Shown here: positions 55,884-64,000 of the stretch, piece by piece
Position numbering within the stretch: the first letter of the stretch is position 1
How the letters are laid out: every line of letters begins with the position of its first letter
Source: a virus
Taxonomy: Duplodnaviria; Caudoviricetes
DNA: 64,000 nucleotides
IMG/VR virus record: IMGVR_UViG_3300046715_000123
Coordinates: 432-64,431 of that record
Direction: 5' to 3' (one strand)
Translations under genes and position numbers: made by a program
Notes under the pieces: model-generated
Told to the model about the DNA's origin: nothing
What the model saw: only the letters and a program-made list of their open reading frames with translations
Database searches by the model: none

Positions 55884-56237
55884 ATGACTTACACTCTTGC
55901 CATGGCTGCTGACCAGGGCATTCAGATCGCGGAAGACGGCGTCGCAGAGGTGTCGATGACCGAGGCGCGCGCCCAGCTGACCCGTCTGATCCGCGGCGTC
56001 CGCGAGGACGGCCGACCTGGGGCCTTCACGGACCGCGGTGAACGCAGGGCCTACGTCGTCACGCCTGCGATGTACGACCGCGTCAAGGGCCCCAGCGAGA
56101 AGGAGCGGATGCTCGCCGAGCTGGTCGACAAGCTGGACGCGCTCTTCAGGGACCCGCAGTTCGCTGCCCGTGTCTCCGAGAAGGACCCCGAGCTCTACGA
56201 GATCCTCGACACCGGGTCGCTGCACCTGCTGCTCTGA
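55884..56237 (+). CDS. Phd/YefM-like antitoxin/regulator
   Basis: VSMTEARAQLTRLIRGV...FTDRGERRAYVV. Confidence 0.7.
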   Translation: MTYTLAMAADQGIQIAEDGVAEVSMTEARAQLTRLIRGVREDGRPGAFTDRGERRAYVVTPAMYDRVKGPSEKERMLAELVDKLDALFRDPQFAARVSEKDPELYEILDTGSLHLLL

Positions 56238-56267
56238 CCTCATCTCGTCCTCCTCTCGTTGTCTTCC

Positions 56268-56293
56268 AAGCCCCGCCTGTACGGCGGGGCTTC
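56268..56293. terminator. Bidirectional terminator
   Basis: AAGCCCCGCC-TGTAC-GGCGGGGCTT. Confidence 0.6.
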
Positions 56294-56305
56294 GTCGTGT
56301 GCGGG

Positions 56306-57775
56306 CTAGGCGGCCGGTCGGGCGCTGGCTGCGGGATCGCTGATGGCCCGCTGGTGCAGCAGGTGGAGTGCGGCGATGGCCTGTTGGGGGACGACGCCGT
56401 TGCCGAGGGCGCGGAGCATGGCCGGCCGGGTGAGGCCGGGGGTGTCGGTGACCCAGCCGTCGGGGAGGCCCATGAGCCATTCGGTGAAGACGGGGCTCAG
56501 TCGTTTCAGAGCATCAGTGGGCCAGGGGGCGGGGCGTCCGAGGACGCCTTCCCACCTGCGGATGGCTGGTCCGTAATCGCCCCAGTCAACGTGGGGTTGC
56601 CCCGGCCGTAGCTGGAGGATGTCCGCTCGCCGTCCGACCTGGTCGGCGTCGGCAGGAGCTTCGCCGGGCCGGCCGAGGTCGGGGTCGGTGCATCCGTGGC
56701 AGCCGGCGCAGAATCCTCCGGCGTCGTGGAAGGACTCGGGGCATCCGCAGGTAGGGCAGTCGGGTTCGACAACCTCCGCACCGCGATCCCCAACGGCGTG
56801 CCCTGCCCGTTCCCGTTGATCCCCTTCGCAAGGTTCCGCTGCCGCCTGGCCTCCCAGGACTCCAGCGACTCCCCGTCGTTCGGATTCGATGCCGTCGGGG
56901 TCGGCAGCAGGTTCACGACCACCTCGTTCAGCGGCCGGGAGTTCGTTCCGATGAGATTCGATTCGCCCGACTTCCAGTCCCGAGCGGCCGGTGTCGGCAG
57001 CAGCGAGATCGCCGTCCGTAGGTCCGGACCGCCTGTCCCGTGCGCTCCGGCCCCGTTCGTGTCCGAGGTCCGCGGCGTCGGCAGGAGCTTCCGCGTCTCG
57101 TCCCTCAGACCCCAGCCCGCCGAGGAGCCACGATCCGTCCCCCCGTCCGACGCCACCGGTGTCGAGAGCAGCCGGCCAGGCGTAGATGAAGACGCGCTTG
57201 CGGGGGTGGGGAGCGCCGACCTCCGACGCTGCCACGCGGCACCATTCCGCATCGAGCCCGAGGGTGGCCAGGTCTCCGAGTACGGCTCCAAGAGCTCGAA
57301 GAAGCCGTCCTGCTCGGGCTTCTTCTTCCAGAGCCTCAGCGTCGAGTCCCAGTCCACGATCAGCTTCCGCCGAGAGGAGCCCTTCGACATTTTCGATCAC
57401 CACCAGACGGGGTCGGAGTTCGTGGATGGCGCGGGCGTAGTGCACCCACAGGCCGGAGCGGGAGTCGGCCGTCAGACCGGCGCGCTTCCCGGCGGAGGAG
57501 ACGTCCTGGCAGGGGAAGCCGCCGGTGAGGATGTCGACGGGCCCGTGCTCCTCGATGACGGACGGCCAGTCGACCTTGGTGATGTCGCCGAGGTTCGGGA
57601 CGTCGGGCCAGTGGCGGGCGAGGATGCGGGCGGCGTACTGGTTCTTGTCTTCCTTGCCGTTCTTGTCGGGCGGCTCGTACTGCGAGTGCCAGACCACGTC
57701 GGCGTCGAAGACGTCCATGACGGCCAGGTCCAGGGCGCCCGTTCCTGTGAACAGGGATCCGATGCGGAGGCTCAC
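56306..57775 (-). CDS. DNA (cytosine-5) methyltransferase
   Basis: SLFTGTG (I), GGFPCQD (IV), ENV (VI), PHPRKRVF (VIII), EWLMGLP (IX), LGNGVVP (X). Confidence 0.9.
   Translation of the reverse strand: MSLRIGSLFTGTGALDLAVMDVFDADVVWHSQYEPPDKNGKEDKNQYAARILARHWPDVPNLGDITKVDWPSVIEEHGPVDILTGGFPCQDVSSAGKRAGLTADSRSGLWVHYARAIHELRPRLVVIENVEGLLSAEADRGLGLDAEALEEEARAGRLLRALGAVLGDLATLGLDAEWCRVAASEVGAPHPRKRVFIYAWPAALDTGGVGRGDGSWLLGGLGSEGRDAEAPADAADLGHERGRSARDRRSGPTDGDLAAADTGRSGLEVGRIESHRNELPAAERGGREPAADPDGIESERRGVAGVLGGQAAAEPCEGDQRERAGHAVGDRGAEVVEPDCPTCGCPESFHDAGGFCAGCHGCTDPDLGRPGEAPADADQVGRRADILQLRPGQPHVDWGDYGPAIRRWEGVLGRPAPWPTDALKRLSPVFTEWLMGLPDGWVTDTPGLTRPAMLRALGNGVVPQQAIAALHLLHQRAISDPAASARPAA
56506..57390 (-). 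CDS. Overlapping alternative-frame ORF inside the MTase with five LL(P/S)TP repeats
   Basis: 294 aa, ATG start, SETWPPSGSMRNG motif, repeats LLSTPVASD/LLPTPRTSD/LLPTPAARD/LLPTPTASN/LLPTPTRSD; G/C-ending codons in this frame. Confidence 0.65.
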   Translation of the reverse strand: MSKGSSRRKLIVDWDSTLRLWKKKPEQDGFFELLEPYSETWPPSGSMRNGAAWQRRRSALPTPASASSSTPGRLLSTPVASDGGTDRGSSAGWGLRDETRKLLPTPRTSDTNGAGAHGTGGPDLRTAISLLPTPAARDWKSGESNLIGTNSRPLNEVVVNLLPTPTASNPNDGESLESWEARRQRNLAKGINGNGQGTPLGIAVRRLSNPTALPADAPSPSTTPEDSAPAATDAPTPTSAGPAKLLPTPTRSDGERTSSSYGRGNPTLTGAITDQPSAGGKASSDAPPPGPLML

Positions 57776-58629
57776 GCGGCCACCTGCTTCCGCTGCCGCT
57801 TCTGGCCGGTGCGCCAGTCCTGGACGATCTGCCGGACGGTGGAGATGGACATTTCGCCGTTGAGGCGGGCGAGGATCTGCTCGGGGGTGTCGCCGTGCCA
57901 GGCGAAGTGGATGATCTCTTCGCGGCGGAGTTCGGCACGTTCCCGGAATCCGAGTTCGGGGTCGGCGCTGTCCGGGTCGAACTTGGGGTCGTCGATGCCG
58001 CCGAAGTCCTCCCACCAGGTGGGGTCTTGCCAGCCTTCGGCTGCTGCCCGCCGCTCGTTCTTCCAGTTGTTGCCGCGGCTGTCCTTCAGTTGTTCGTAGG
58101 CGGCGGCGAGGGCGGTGGCGGCGAGGTTGTCGATGATGTTCCAGCGGGCTTCGGCGAGGAGGCTGATGCTGGCGACGCTGAGGCCGCTGAGGGTGCTGAT
58201 GTCGGCGCGGCTGTGGCCGAGGCTGTAGAGGGCGCGGATGCGGCGGATGGAGCCGATGGCGGGGCGTTCGGCGTTGCCGTCGAAGCGGTGGGGTTGGACG
58301 GCGAGGATGCGCCGGGCCTTTTCGGTTTGGCAGTTCTTGTTGCGGCCGGTGGTGATGTAGCTGATGACGGCTTGGGCTACTCCGGCTTCGCGGGCGATCA
58401 TTGTTTGGCTCATGCCGCTGGCGCGGAGCATCTGAACGTGGGGGAGGATTTCGGCGCAGGGGACGAGGTTGCGTTCGCCGCGCTGGCGGCGGATTTCGCG
58501 GTCGAGGTCGGCCCGGCGGTGGCCGCGTGTGCAGAGGGTGCAGCGGCAGGGCGGGCGGGTTCCGGTGCGGTTGCCTTTGTAGCGGGCGTCGGTGCCATGC
58601 GGCGGCAGCGGCTTGGTGGCGGTGGTCAC
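57772..58629 (-). CDS. HTH DNA-binding protein with HGT-CRC motif
   Basis: PHGTDARY...CRCTLC; MSQTMIAREAGVAQAVIS. Confidence 0.7.
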   Translation of the reverse strand: MTTATKPLPPHGTDARYKGNRTGTRPPCRCTLCTRGHRRADLDREIRRQRGERNLVPCAEILPHVQMLRASGMSQTMIAREAGVAQAVISYITTGRNKNCQTEKARRILAVQPHRFDGNAERPAIGSIRRIRALYSLGHSRADISTLSGLSVASISLLAEARWNIIDNLAATALAAAYEQLKDSRGNNWKNERRAAAEGWQDPTWWEDFGGIDDPKFDPDSADPELGFRERAELRREEIIHFAWHGDTPEQILARLNGEMSISTVRQIVQDWRTGQKRQRKQVAA

Positions 58630-58907
58630 AGCTCCCCCGTTCGGTGGTCGTTGATGGCGGCCCGGAGGCGTTGGAGTCCGGCGGGCCCGTAGTAGGCGAG
58701 TGCTGCGTCGAGGTACAGGTCGGTGTCGGTGCCGGGTTGTGTGTCGATGGCGGGCGGGTCGGTGTGGAGCAGGCGCCAGGCGGCCCGGCGGTCGCCGCGG
58801 CTGCGGTAGTCGCCGGCCTGGCGTGCGGCGCGGATGCTCCAGCGGATCGCCCACAGGCCGAAGGTGAGGCCGGCGAGGGCGATGGCGGCGTTGAGGATGT
58901 CGGTCAC
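58626..58907 (-). CDS. Small membrane protein
   Basis: N-terminal TM; GTGA coupling. Confidence 0.5.
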   Translation of the reverse strand: MTDILNAAIALAGLTFGLWAIRWSIRAARQAGDYRSRGDRRAAWRLLHTDPPAIDTQPGTDTDLYLDAALAYYGPAGLQRLRAAINDHRTGEL

Positions 58908-59017
58908 TGCCCCTCCCCCCGTCGGGCGGGCCGGTGGATGAGCGCGTACACGACGGCGGCGACACCGACGGTGAGGCCAAGGGCGGCGAGGAACACGGCG
59001 GCGGAGGCGGAGATCAT
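58904..59017 (-). CDS. 37-aa single-TM peptide (below cutoff)
   Basis: MISASAAVFLAALGLTVGVAAVVYALIHRPARRGEGQ; fills gap with overlaps at both ends. Confidence 0.45.
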   Translation of the reverse strand: MISASAAVFLAALGLTVGVAAVVYALIHRPARRGEGQ

Positions 59018-59331
59018 GCGGCCCTCCCCTGCATGGCGGCGACAGTGCCGGTCCAGGCGTTGACGCACGAGCCGTCGGCGGTGCGGCCGAACCCGTCGTG
59101 CTGGATGAGTCCGTCACGGCGCAGCTGGCTTGTGAGGGCGCCCCAGTCGTGCGCGGGGTCAGGGGGGTTCGGGAGCTTGAACTCCTTCTTGATCTGCCAG
59201 GTAAGCCAGTGGCGGCGCCCGGATGCGGCGACGGCAACGAATGTGGGCCGCACCTTCTCCGACCAGGTTTCGAAGTCCTCGCGGGGCTCGGGCTCGGGCA
59301 TGCCCTCGAGGGCGGCCTGTATCGCGGTCAT
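59014..59331 (-). CDS. Hypothetical (winged-helix-like) protein
   Basis: DWGALTSQLRRDGLI...W. Confidence 0.6.
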   Translation of the reverse strand: MTAIQAALEGMPEPEPREDFETWSEKVRPTFVAVAASGRRHWLTWQIKKEFKLPNPPDPAHDWGALTSQLRRDGLIQHDGFGRTADGSCVNAWTGTVAAMQGRAA

Positions 59332-60308
59332 GACGCCGTCTCCTCGGGTGTGCCGTGCTGCTCGAGCTCGGCGTCGGTCATGAGGCCGTGCGGGATCAGG
59401 CCGGTGCGCAGGGCGTCGCGGACGTCGGCGGCTGCCTCGCGGTAGGTGGCGGCGCGCTCGATGCGTGCGCGCTCGAAGGGGCCCGGCTCGTCGACGAACA
59501 GGCCCTCACTCGGGTCGGGAGCAGGCCCGGCCATCTGCTCCCAGCGGGAGGCAAGGTCGTCGAGGAGGGCCCGTACCTTCCGCTCTTCCGTCAGCGGGAT
59601 GAGCGGCCACTCCCCCTCGACCACCGCGTAGGGGTCCGTCTTCCGCAGGTGCTGCTGGAGTTCGCCGGCCTGGACTCGGGCCCACCAGATCTGCCACACG
59701 TGCAGCTGCTCGGGATGGACCTGAAGCTGCTGGTACTTCTCGCCGATGGCGACGGCCACCTGAACTGCGGCGAGCGCGTCGGCGTCCGCAGTGTGTGCGG
59801 CGGCCAGGGTGACGCCGTAGTGGACGGCGAGCGCCTCGAGCTTGCGGGAGCCACGGCGGAACTTGTCGGCCTGCTTGTCGAGGATGAACGGGTCGATGAC
59901 CGGGCCGGGCGGGGTCTCGCCGCCGAGGCGCTCCCACAGGGTGCGCAGCCCGTAGCGGCGGAGTTCGCGGTCGAGGACGGTGAAGTCGTAACGGCCGTTC
60001 ATGGCGACGACGGGGATGCCGGTGGACAGGGCCGAGGCGAGTACGTCGGCGATCTCGTCGGCGACCTGCGCGGCGGGCCGGCCGTTGGCGCAGGCCTGCT
60101 CCGTGGTGACGCCGTGGACGGCGGTGGCCTCGGCGGGAATCGGGATGCCAGGGTTGGCCAGCCACAGTCGGGCCCGGTCGGGCAGCGTGTCGATGCTGTC
60201 GCCGGGCTTGTAGTCGATGGCGGCGGCGGTGACGATGCGCGCGGTCTCGACGTTGATCCCGGTGGTCTCCAGGTCGAAGCCAAGCAGGGGTTCGGTGTGC
60301 CAGCTCAC
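59328..60308 (-). CDS. DEDDh 3'-5' exonuclease (DnaQ-like)
   Basis: FDLETTG, HGVT, NGRYD, AHTADAD. Confidence 0.88.
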   Translation of the reverse strand: MSWHTEPLLGFDLETTGINVETARIVTAAAIDYKPGDSIDTLPDRARLWLANPGIPIPAEATAVHGVTTEQACANGRPAAQVADEIADVLASALSTGIPVVAMNGRYDFTVLDRELRRYGLRTLWERLGGETPPGPVIDPFILDKQADKFRRGSRKLEALAVHYGVTLAAAHTADADALAAVQVAVAIGEKYQQLQVHPEQLHVWQIWWARVQAGELQQHLRKTDPYAVVEGEWPLIPLTEERKVRALLDDLASRWEQMAGPAPDPSEGLFVDEPGPFERARIERAATYREAAADVRDALRTGLIPHGLMTDAELEQHGTPEETAS

Positions 60309-60823
60309 GACGCCTCCCCGGCCTCGAGCTGCAGGAGGTTGAGGTGCGCCAGAGCGCCGTTGCGCCAGGCCTCGGCGATGGCTTCCTTGCCGCCCGTCGT
60401 GGGCCGCACGGAGTGGGTGAGCGACCGGGTGGCCCTCACTTCGACGCCGGGGACGTCGTGGAGTTCGCCGGTCTCGGTGTCGACGAAGCGGGCGACGCCG
60501 GCCGCGGTCATCTGGGCGAGGACCAGGTTGCGGTAGGCGGGCCGGACTTCGGTGACGAGGCGGGTGCTGATCTCGCTGGGGGCGATGCTGCGGACGAAGG
60601 TGAGGAAGGCGTCGTCGTCGACGACGACTGCGGCAGGCTTGGCGTCGGAGCGGCTGATGGTGGCGACCTTCGTGCCGTCCGGCAGGGTCGCGGTGACCTT
60701 GGAGATGCCGTTGTCGACGAGCTGCTCCTGCATGGCGCTCTTCACCTCCTTGAGGCGGTCGTTGACGGTGTCGGAGAGGGCCTTGAGGGCGGCCTCTTCG
60801 AGGGCGAGCTGTGCGAGGTCCAT
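60305..60823 (-). CDS. Hypothetical phage protein (Gp157/Gam-like position)
   Basis: Coiled coil; DTETGELHDVPGV; between recombinase and exonuclease. Confidence 0.6.
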   Translation of the reverse strand: MDLAQLALEEAALKALSDTVNDRLKEVKSAMQEQLVDNGISKVTATLPDGTKVATISRSDAKPAAVVVDDDAFLTFVRSIAPSEISTRLVTEVRPAYRNLVLAQMTAAGVARFVDTETGELHDVPGVEVRATRSLTHSVRPTTGGKEAIAEAWRNGALAHLNLLQLEAGEAS

Positions 60824-60891
60824 GAGGGCTCCGTGGTTTGCTGGTGGGGAGGCCCGCGCCGCTTTCCCCGGCGCGGGCCGTCATGCGTGGT

Positions 60892-61971
60892 TCAGGCGGC
60901 GGGGCGGATCTGTGCTGCGAGGGTGCGGATGGCCTGCGGTGCGGCCTTCTCGATGGGCATCCCGAGGGCCATGGCGGCGCCGTTCTCGAAGTCCTCGAGG
61001 CGCGCGGCTTCGGCGGCTGAGCGGAGTTCGTCGACCGCGGCGGCGTGGTCGTCATCCGGGGAGTCGACGATGGTCGCGTCGATCACCTCGTCGGCAGTGG
61101 ACGGCTCGGCCGCCGCCTTCTCCTTGCCGACATCGGCGATCTGCGTGAGGTAGTCCGGCCTCGCACCCTCGCCCTTGGCGTCCTGCCAGATCTGCCGCAC
61201 CGTGGCGGCATCCGGGGCGGCGAGCGCCTCGTGCAGGTAGTCCCGTCCGGCGGGCGTCAGCGATTCCGCGGGCACGTCCGCGGTCGCGGCGGCTACAGGC
61301 GCCGCCGGGGTCGTCCACTGGTCGGTCTGGCCGGGCTCGACGCGGCGCAGCTGCTGTACCTCGGCATCCAGGGGGATGCCGGCGTCGTCGACGCGGGCGC
61401 CGAGCTCCTCGGCTGTGTAGATGGCGCCGTGCAGCACCTCGGGGCAGGCGGAGCGGACGCATTCGGAGATGGCGCGGGCCCGCAGCATGGCCCTGGGGTA
61501 CTTCTCCCAGTTCTGCTTCTCGCCTTTCTGGCTCCGGGAGTAGGGGCGGTTGTTGCGGAGTTCGCAGAGCCCGGCGGTCACTGCGTCGTCGTAGGTCCAC
61601 GTGATGGCGTTTTCGAAGTCGGGGTCGTCGGACCGCCAGATGCTGACGGTGCACTGGCCCGGCTCCTGCCGGATGCGGACCTTGTGTCCGGCCTCGCGGG
61701 TGCGGGACAGCATCAGGTCGGCGGACTGGGTGGGCTTGCCTTTGATGACGTGGATGGTGGTGATCGTGGTGACCACGTCGAGGCCGAGCGCCCGGCCGTA
61801 CTCCATGGCCCACAGGACGGAGCTGGCGTTGTTGCGGTACTCCTGCGGGAGGAGCGAGGCGCCGGCGAGGGCCTCGGAGAAGCGCCAGGCTTCTAGAGGC
61901 GACATGTGGGCGAGGGACAGTGCGCCCCCCGGACGCTGCTGGGGTTCGGCTTTGACGAGTTCGGTGCTCAT
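60892..61971 (-). CDS. RecT-like ssDNA annealing protein
   Basis: LLPQEYR...IHVIKGKP...NWEKYPRAMLRARAISEC...YTAEEL. Confidence 0.78.
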   Translation of the reverse strand: MSTELVKAEPQQRPGGALSLAHMSPLEAWRFSEALAGASLLPQEYRNNASSVLWAMEYGRALGLDVVTTITTIHVIKGKPTQSADLMLSRTREAGHKVRIRQEPGQCTVSIWRSDDPDFENAITWTYDDAVTAGLCELRNNRPYSRSQKGEKQNWEKYPRAMLRARAISECVRSACPEVLHGAIYTAEELGARVDDAGIPLDAEVQQLRRVEPGQTDQWTTPAAPVAAATADVPAESLTPAGRDYLHEALAAPDAATVRQIWQDAKGEGARPDYLTQIADVGKEKAAAEPSTADEVIDATIVDSPDDDHAAAVDELRSAAEAARLEDFENGAAMALGMPIEKAAPQAIRTLAAQIRPAA

Positions 61972-62102
61972 TGGTGGTGCTCCTGTTCGCTTCTGAGCTG
62001 CGTGTTCTGCGCGAAATGGGTGTGCTGTTGGGTGGGCCGCAGCCCCGACGGGGGGGTGTCAGGGCTGCGGCCCTGGTGCCGTGGAGCGCTGGGGGTGGCG
62101 CT

Positions 62103-62525
62103 CTACACGGCAGCTCGAGTGACCTGGCCGGGGTCGGTGACCGCCCCGAGTCGTCCGGCCGCGGCGGCTTCCCGGAGCGGCATGACGCGGGTGACGACGG
62201 GGATCTCCTGCGTCTTCGCGGCGGCGGCCTCGGCGAACACGCGGACTTCCAGACGCCGTTCGAGGTCGGTGATCCGCCGCTCACGCAGCCGGATGATGTC
62301 CTCGGCCTGGCCGCGTTCCTTCTCGGCGATCTCGCGACGCTCCCGCTCCTGCCGCCAGGCGGAGTTGGTGGTGACGACGTCGTGCATGAGCTGGGCGAAG
62401 AAGTCGTCGGCGGCCATCTGGCGGGTGAAGAGCGTCCGGTTCTCCGCTTCCAGGTCGGCGACCTTGTCGACGGCGCGTCGGGAGCCGGTGCCCTTGAGGC
62501 CGGGTATCAGGCTGGCGATGCTCAC
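62103..62525 (-). CDS. Hypothetical coiled-coil protein
   Basis: RRAVDKVADLEAEN...; ATGA coupling. Confidence 0.6.
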   Translation of the reverse strand: MSIASLIPGLKGTGSRRAVDKVADLEAENRTLFTRQMAADDFFAQLMHDVVTTNSAWRQERERREIAEKERGQAEDIIRLRERRITDLERRLEVRVFAEAAAAKTQEIPVVTRVMPLREAAAAGRLGAVTDPGQVTRAAV

Positions 62526-62749
62526 GACGCGTTCCCTTCGTTGACGGTGCTTTCAGGCCAAGCGGTCGTGAACTCTGTATTCACAGCGTCGAGGGCGAGG
62601 CGCACCGTGTGCCGGTCGTCCGGGCCGGTGGGGCGCTGGGCTCCGGCCAGGTCGGCGGCGGTGTCGATGTCGGCGTGGGTGACGGCGTCCGGGTCGAGGC
62701 CGTGGTCGGCGAGGACGCGGGCGGTGTCGTAGGCGTCGAGGGCAGTCAC
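62522..62749 (-). CDS. Hypothetical protein
   Basis: Coupled early-operon gene. Confidence 0.55.
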   Translation of the reverse strand: MTALDAYDTARVLADHGLDPDAVTHADIDTAADLAGAQRPTGPDDRHTVRLALDAVNTEFTTAWPESTVNEGNAS

Positions 62750-62871
62750 TGGTTCCCCCTGTGGGCGGAGATGCGTTCGCCGAAGACGGCGAGGAAGGCG
62801 AGTCCGGCGAGGGCGGTCCAGCCGGTGATGCTGATCTGGCAGGCGGCCAGCAGCGACGGGACCGGGATCAC
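62746..62871 (-). CDS. Small TM peptide
   Basis: VIPVPSLLAACQISITGWTALAGLAFLAVFG; overlaps both neighbours. Confidence 0.4.
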   Translation of the reverse strand: MIPVPSLLAACQISITGWTALAGLAFLAVFGERISAHRGNQ

Positions 62872-63218
62872 GGGGCCACCGCCCGGTTGATGCGGTCGGT
62901 GAGGGTGTTGCTGGCCGCGGTCCAGGTCTGGGGGTGGTCCCAGTTGGCGCTCGGGTAGGCGCCTTGCAGGAGGGCGGTGATCTGCCGGGAGCCGCCCTGC
63001 TGGAACTTGAGGATCTGCCCGTCGGCGGTGAGAGCGCGGGCGATGAAGTGGCGTTCCCCGGTGCCGCTGGTGTCGGTCCACAGCGGGGTGACCAGCACGG
63101 TGGCGGCGTCGGGCGCGATCCGGTGGATGCGGTGCGACAGTCGGGTCTGGTGCCGGCGGCGACGCGACGCTGACGCCTTACGGGGGCGAATCGGCAGAGC
63201 CTCGATGACAGCCATCAC
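62868..63218 (-). CDS. Hypothetical phage protein
   Basis: LLQGAYPSANWDHPQTW. Confidence 0.6.
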   Translation of the reverse strand: MMAVIEALPIRPRKASASRRRRHQTRLSHRIHRIAPDAATVLVTPLWTDTSGTGERHFIARALTADGQILKFQQGGSRQITALLQGAYPSANWDHPQTWTAASNTLTDRINRAVAP

Positions 63219-63442
63219 GCGACCCCCCTCAGGCGGGCCCGGTCGGTTTCCATCGCGGTGAGGAGGTCTCCGAGTGCGGTGGTGAGGAGGCCGTGGGAGA
63301 TGCCCATCTCGGTGAGGTCGTGGATGTTCAGGCCCTTGGCGGCGGTGAGCTGCTTGCGGGCTATGGCCTCAGCGGAGGCGACCGAGCCGGCGAACGGCGG
63401 CAGCTCGTACTCCTCGAACCACTGGATCGAAGTCGTGGTCAC
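63215..63442 (-). CDS. Hypothetical protein
   Basis: AAGGAG RBS, coupled. Confidence 0.55.
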   Translation of the reverse strand: MTTTSIQWFEEYELPPFAGSVASAEAIARKQLTAAKGLNIHDLTEMGISHGLLTTALGDLLTAMETDRARLRGVA

Positions 63443-63726
63443 GGCGTCTCCTTGCGGGCGTTGCGGTTGGCGGCTTGGAGGGCGGCGATGTGCTCGGCCC
63501 AGCCGGGGTAGTCCTTCTCGGTGGCGAGGAGTTCGGGGTGCTGCTCCAGCCGGATGTCGAGGTGACAGGCGATCCGGTCCGACGGGGAGTGGGTGCGGGC
63601 AGCCGCCTGCAGGAAGCAGGCCTCGGCCTCAACTACGGGCAGCGGCACGTCCAGGGCGGCGATCGGGAGCGGGGCGGCGGCGGCCTCGCGCTGGCGGGCG
63701 ACCAGGGCCTGCATGTCGGCGGTCAT
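63439..63726 (-). CDS. Hypothetical protein
   Basis: Coupled early-operon gene. Confidence 0.55.
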   Translation of the reverse strand: MTADMQALVARQREAAAAPLPIAALDVPLPVVEAEACFLQAAARTHSPSDRIACHLDIRLEQHPELLATEKDYPGWAEHIAALQAANRNARKETP

Positions 63727-64000
63727 CAGGCACCGCCGGCCAGCGCAGCCACAGCGTCCGACCAGGCCGCGTCAGCGCTGACGCCGACGTAGCGGGCCTC
63801 GACGCGGGCGCCGAACTCGGTCAGCGCGTGCCGCGCCTCGAACGAGCCGGCCGGGGTGTACGCGGACCTCTGGGTAGCGCGCCTGGTGGTGGCGTTGCGG
63901 ATGTAGTCGATCGCACCCTCGGCGCTCTGCGACGAGTTGTACTCGCCGACCGGCTGCCACTGGCCGGGCTTGGCGTGGCACAGGGCGGCAATAGCGAAGT
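63726..64000 (-). CDS. Hypothetical protein (5' end outside window)
   Basis: Read manually ...PGQWQPVGEYNS...AYTPAGSFEAR...VEARYVG. Confidence 0.5.
   Translation of the reverse strand, partial: FAIAALCHAKPGQWQPVGEYNSSQSAEGAIDYIRNATTRRATQRSAYTPAGSFEARHALTEFGARVEARYVGVSADAAWSDAVAALAGGA

Larger units (their letters stand above)
1..64000. mobile_element. Temperate actinobacterial (Streptomyces-like) siphophage/prophage, extending beyond both window edges
   Basis: Integrase, repressor/Cro, terminase, portal, capsid, tape measure, lysis and replication genes; no host housekeeping genes seen. Confidence 0.95.

Noticed and set aside
1-64000. Stable phage-plasmid with partition system
   Set aside because: No ParA/ParB or plasmid Rep recognised in the window; an integrase and attP argue for an integrative lifestyle.

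Overview
High-GC, Streptomyces-like sequence that reads almost entirely as one temperate long-tailed (siphovirus-type) phage. From left to right: an immunity/integration module (partial antirepressor-like gene, Xis-like and Cro-like HTH genes, repressor, tyrosine integrase, 1-3662), an apparently intact attP (~3620-3860), and an accessory region with a second, Cre-type recombinase next to a lox/dif-like site (4.3-9.8 kb). Then, on the minus strand, come lysis, tail, head and packaging genes (9.8-31.9 kb, with a glycosyltransferase coupled to the major capsid gene), displaced tailspike-like genes (32.4-35.9 kb), a plasmid/AICE-type transfer module (TraB-like FtsK translocase, clt-like repeats, Spd-like membrane proteins, NUDIX pair; 38.7-46.7 kb) and early replication/recombination genes, including a dual-frame C5 DNA methyltransferase (46.8-64 kb). 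The most notable inference is a virion-forming phage that may also move as DNA by TraB-type conjugation. All assignments are by eye from motifs and synteny; no database searches were run, so novelty is not confirmed.
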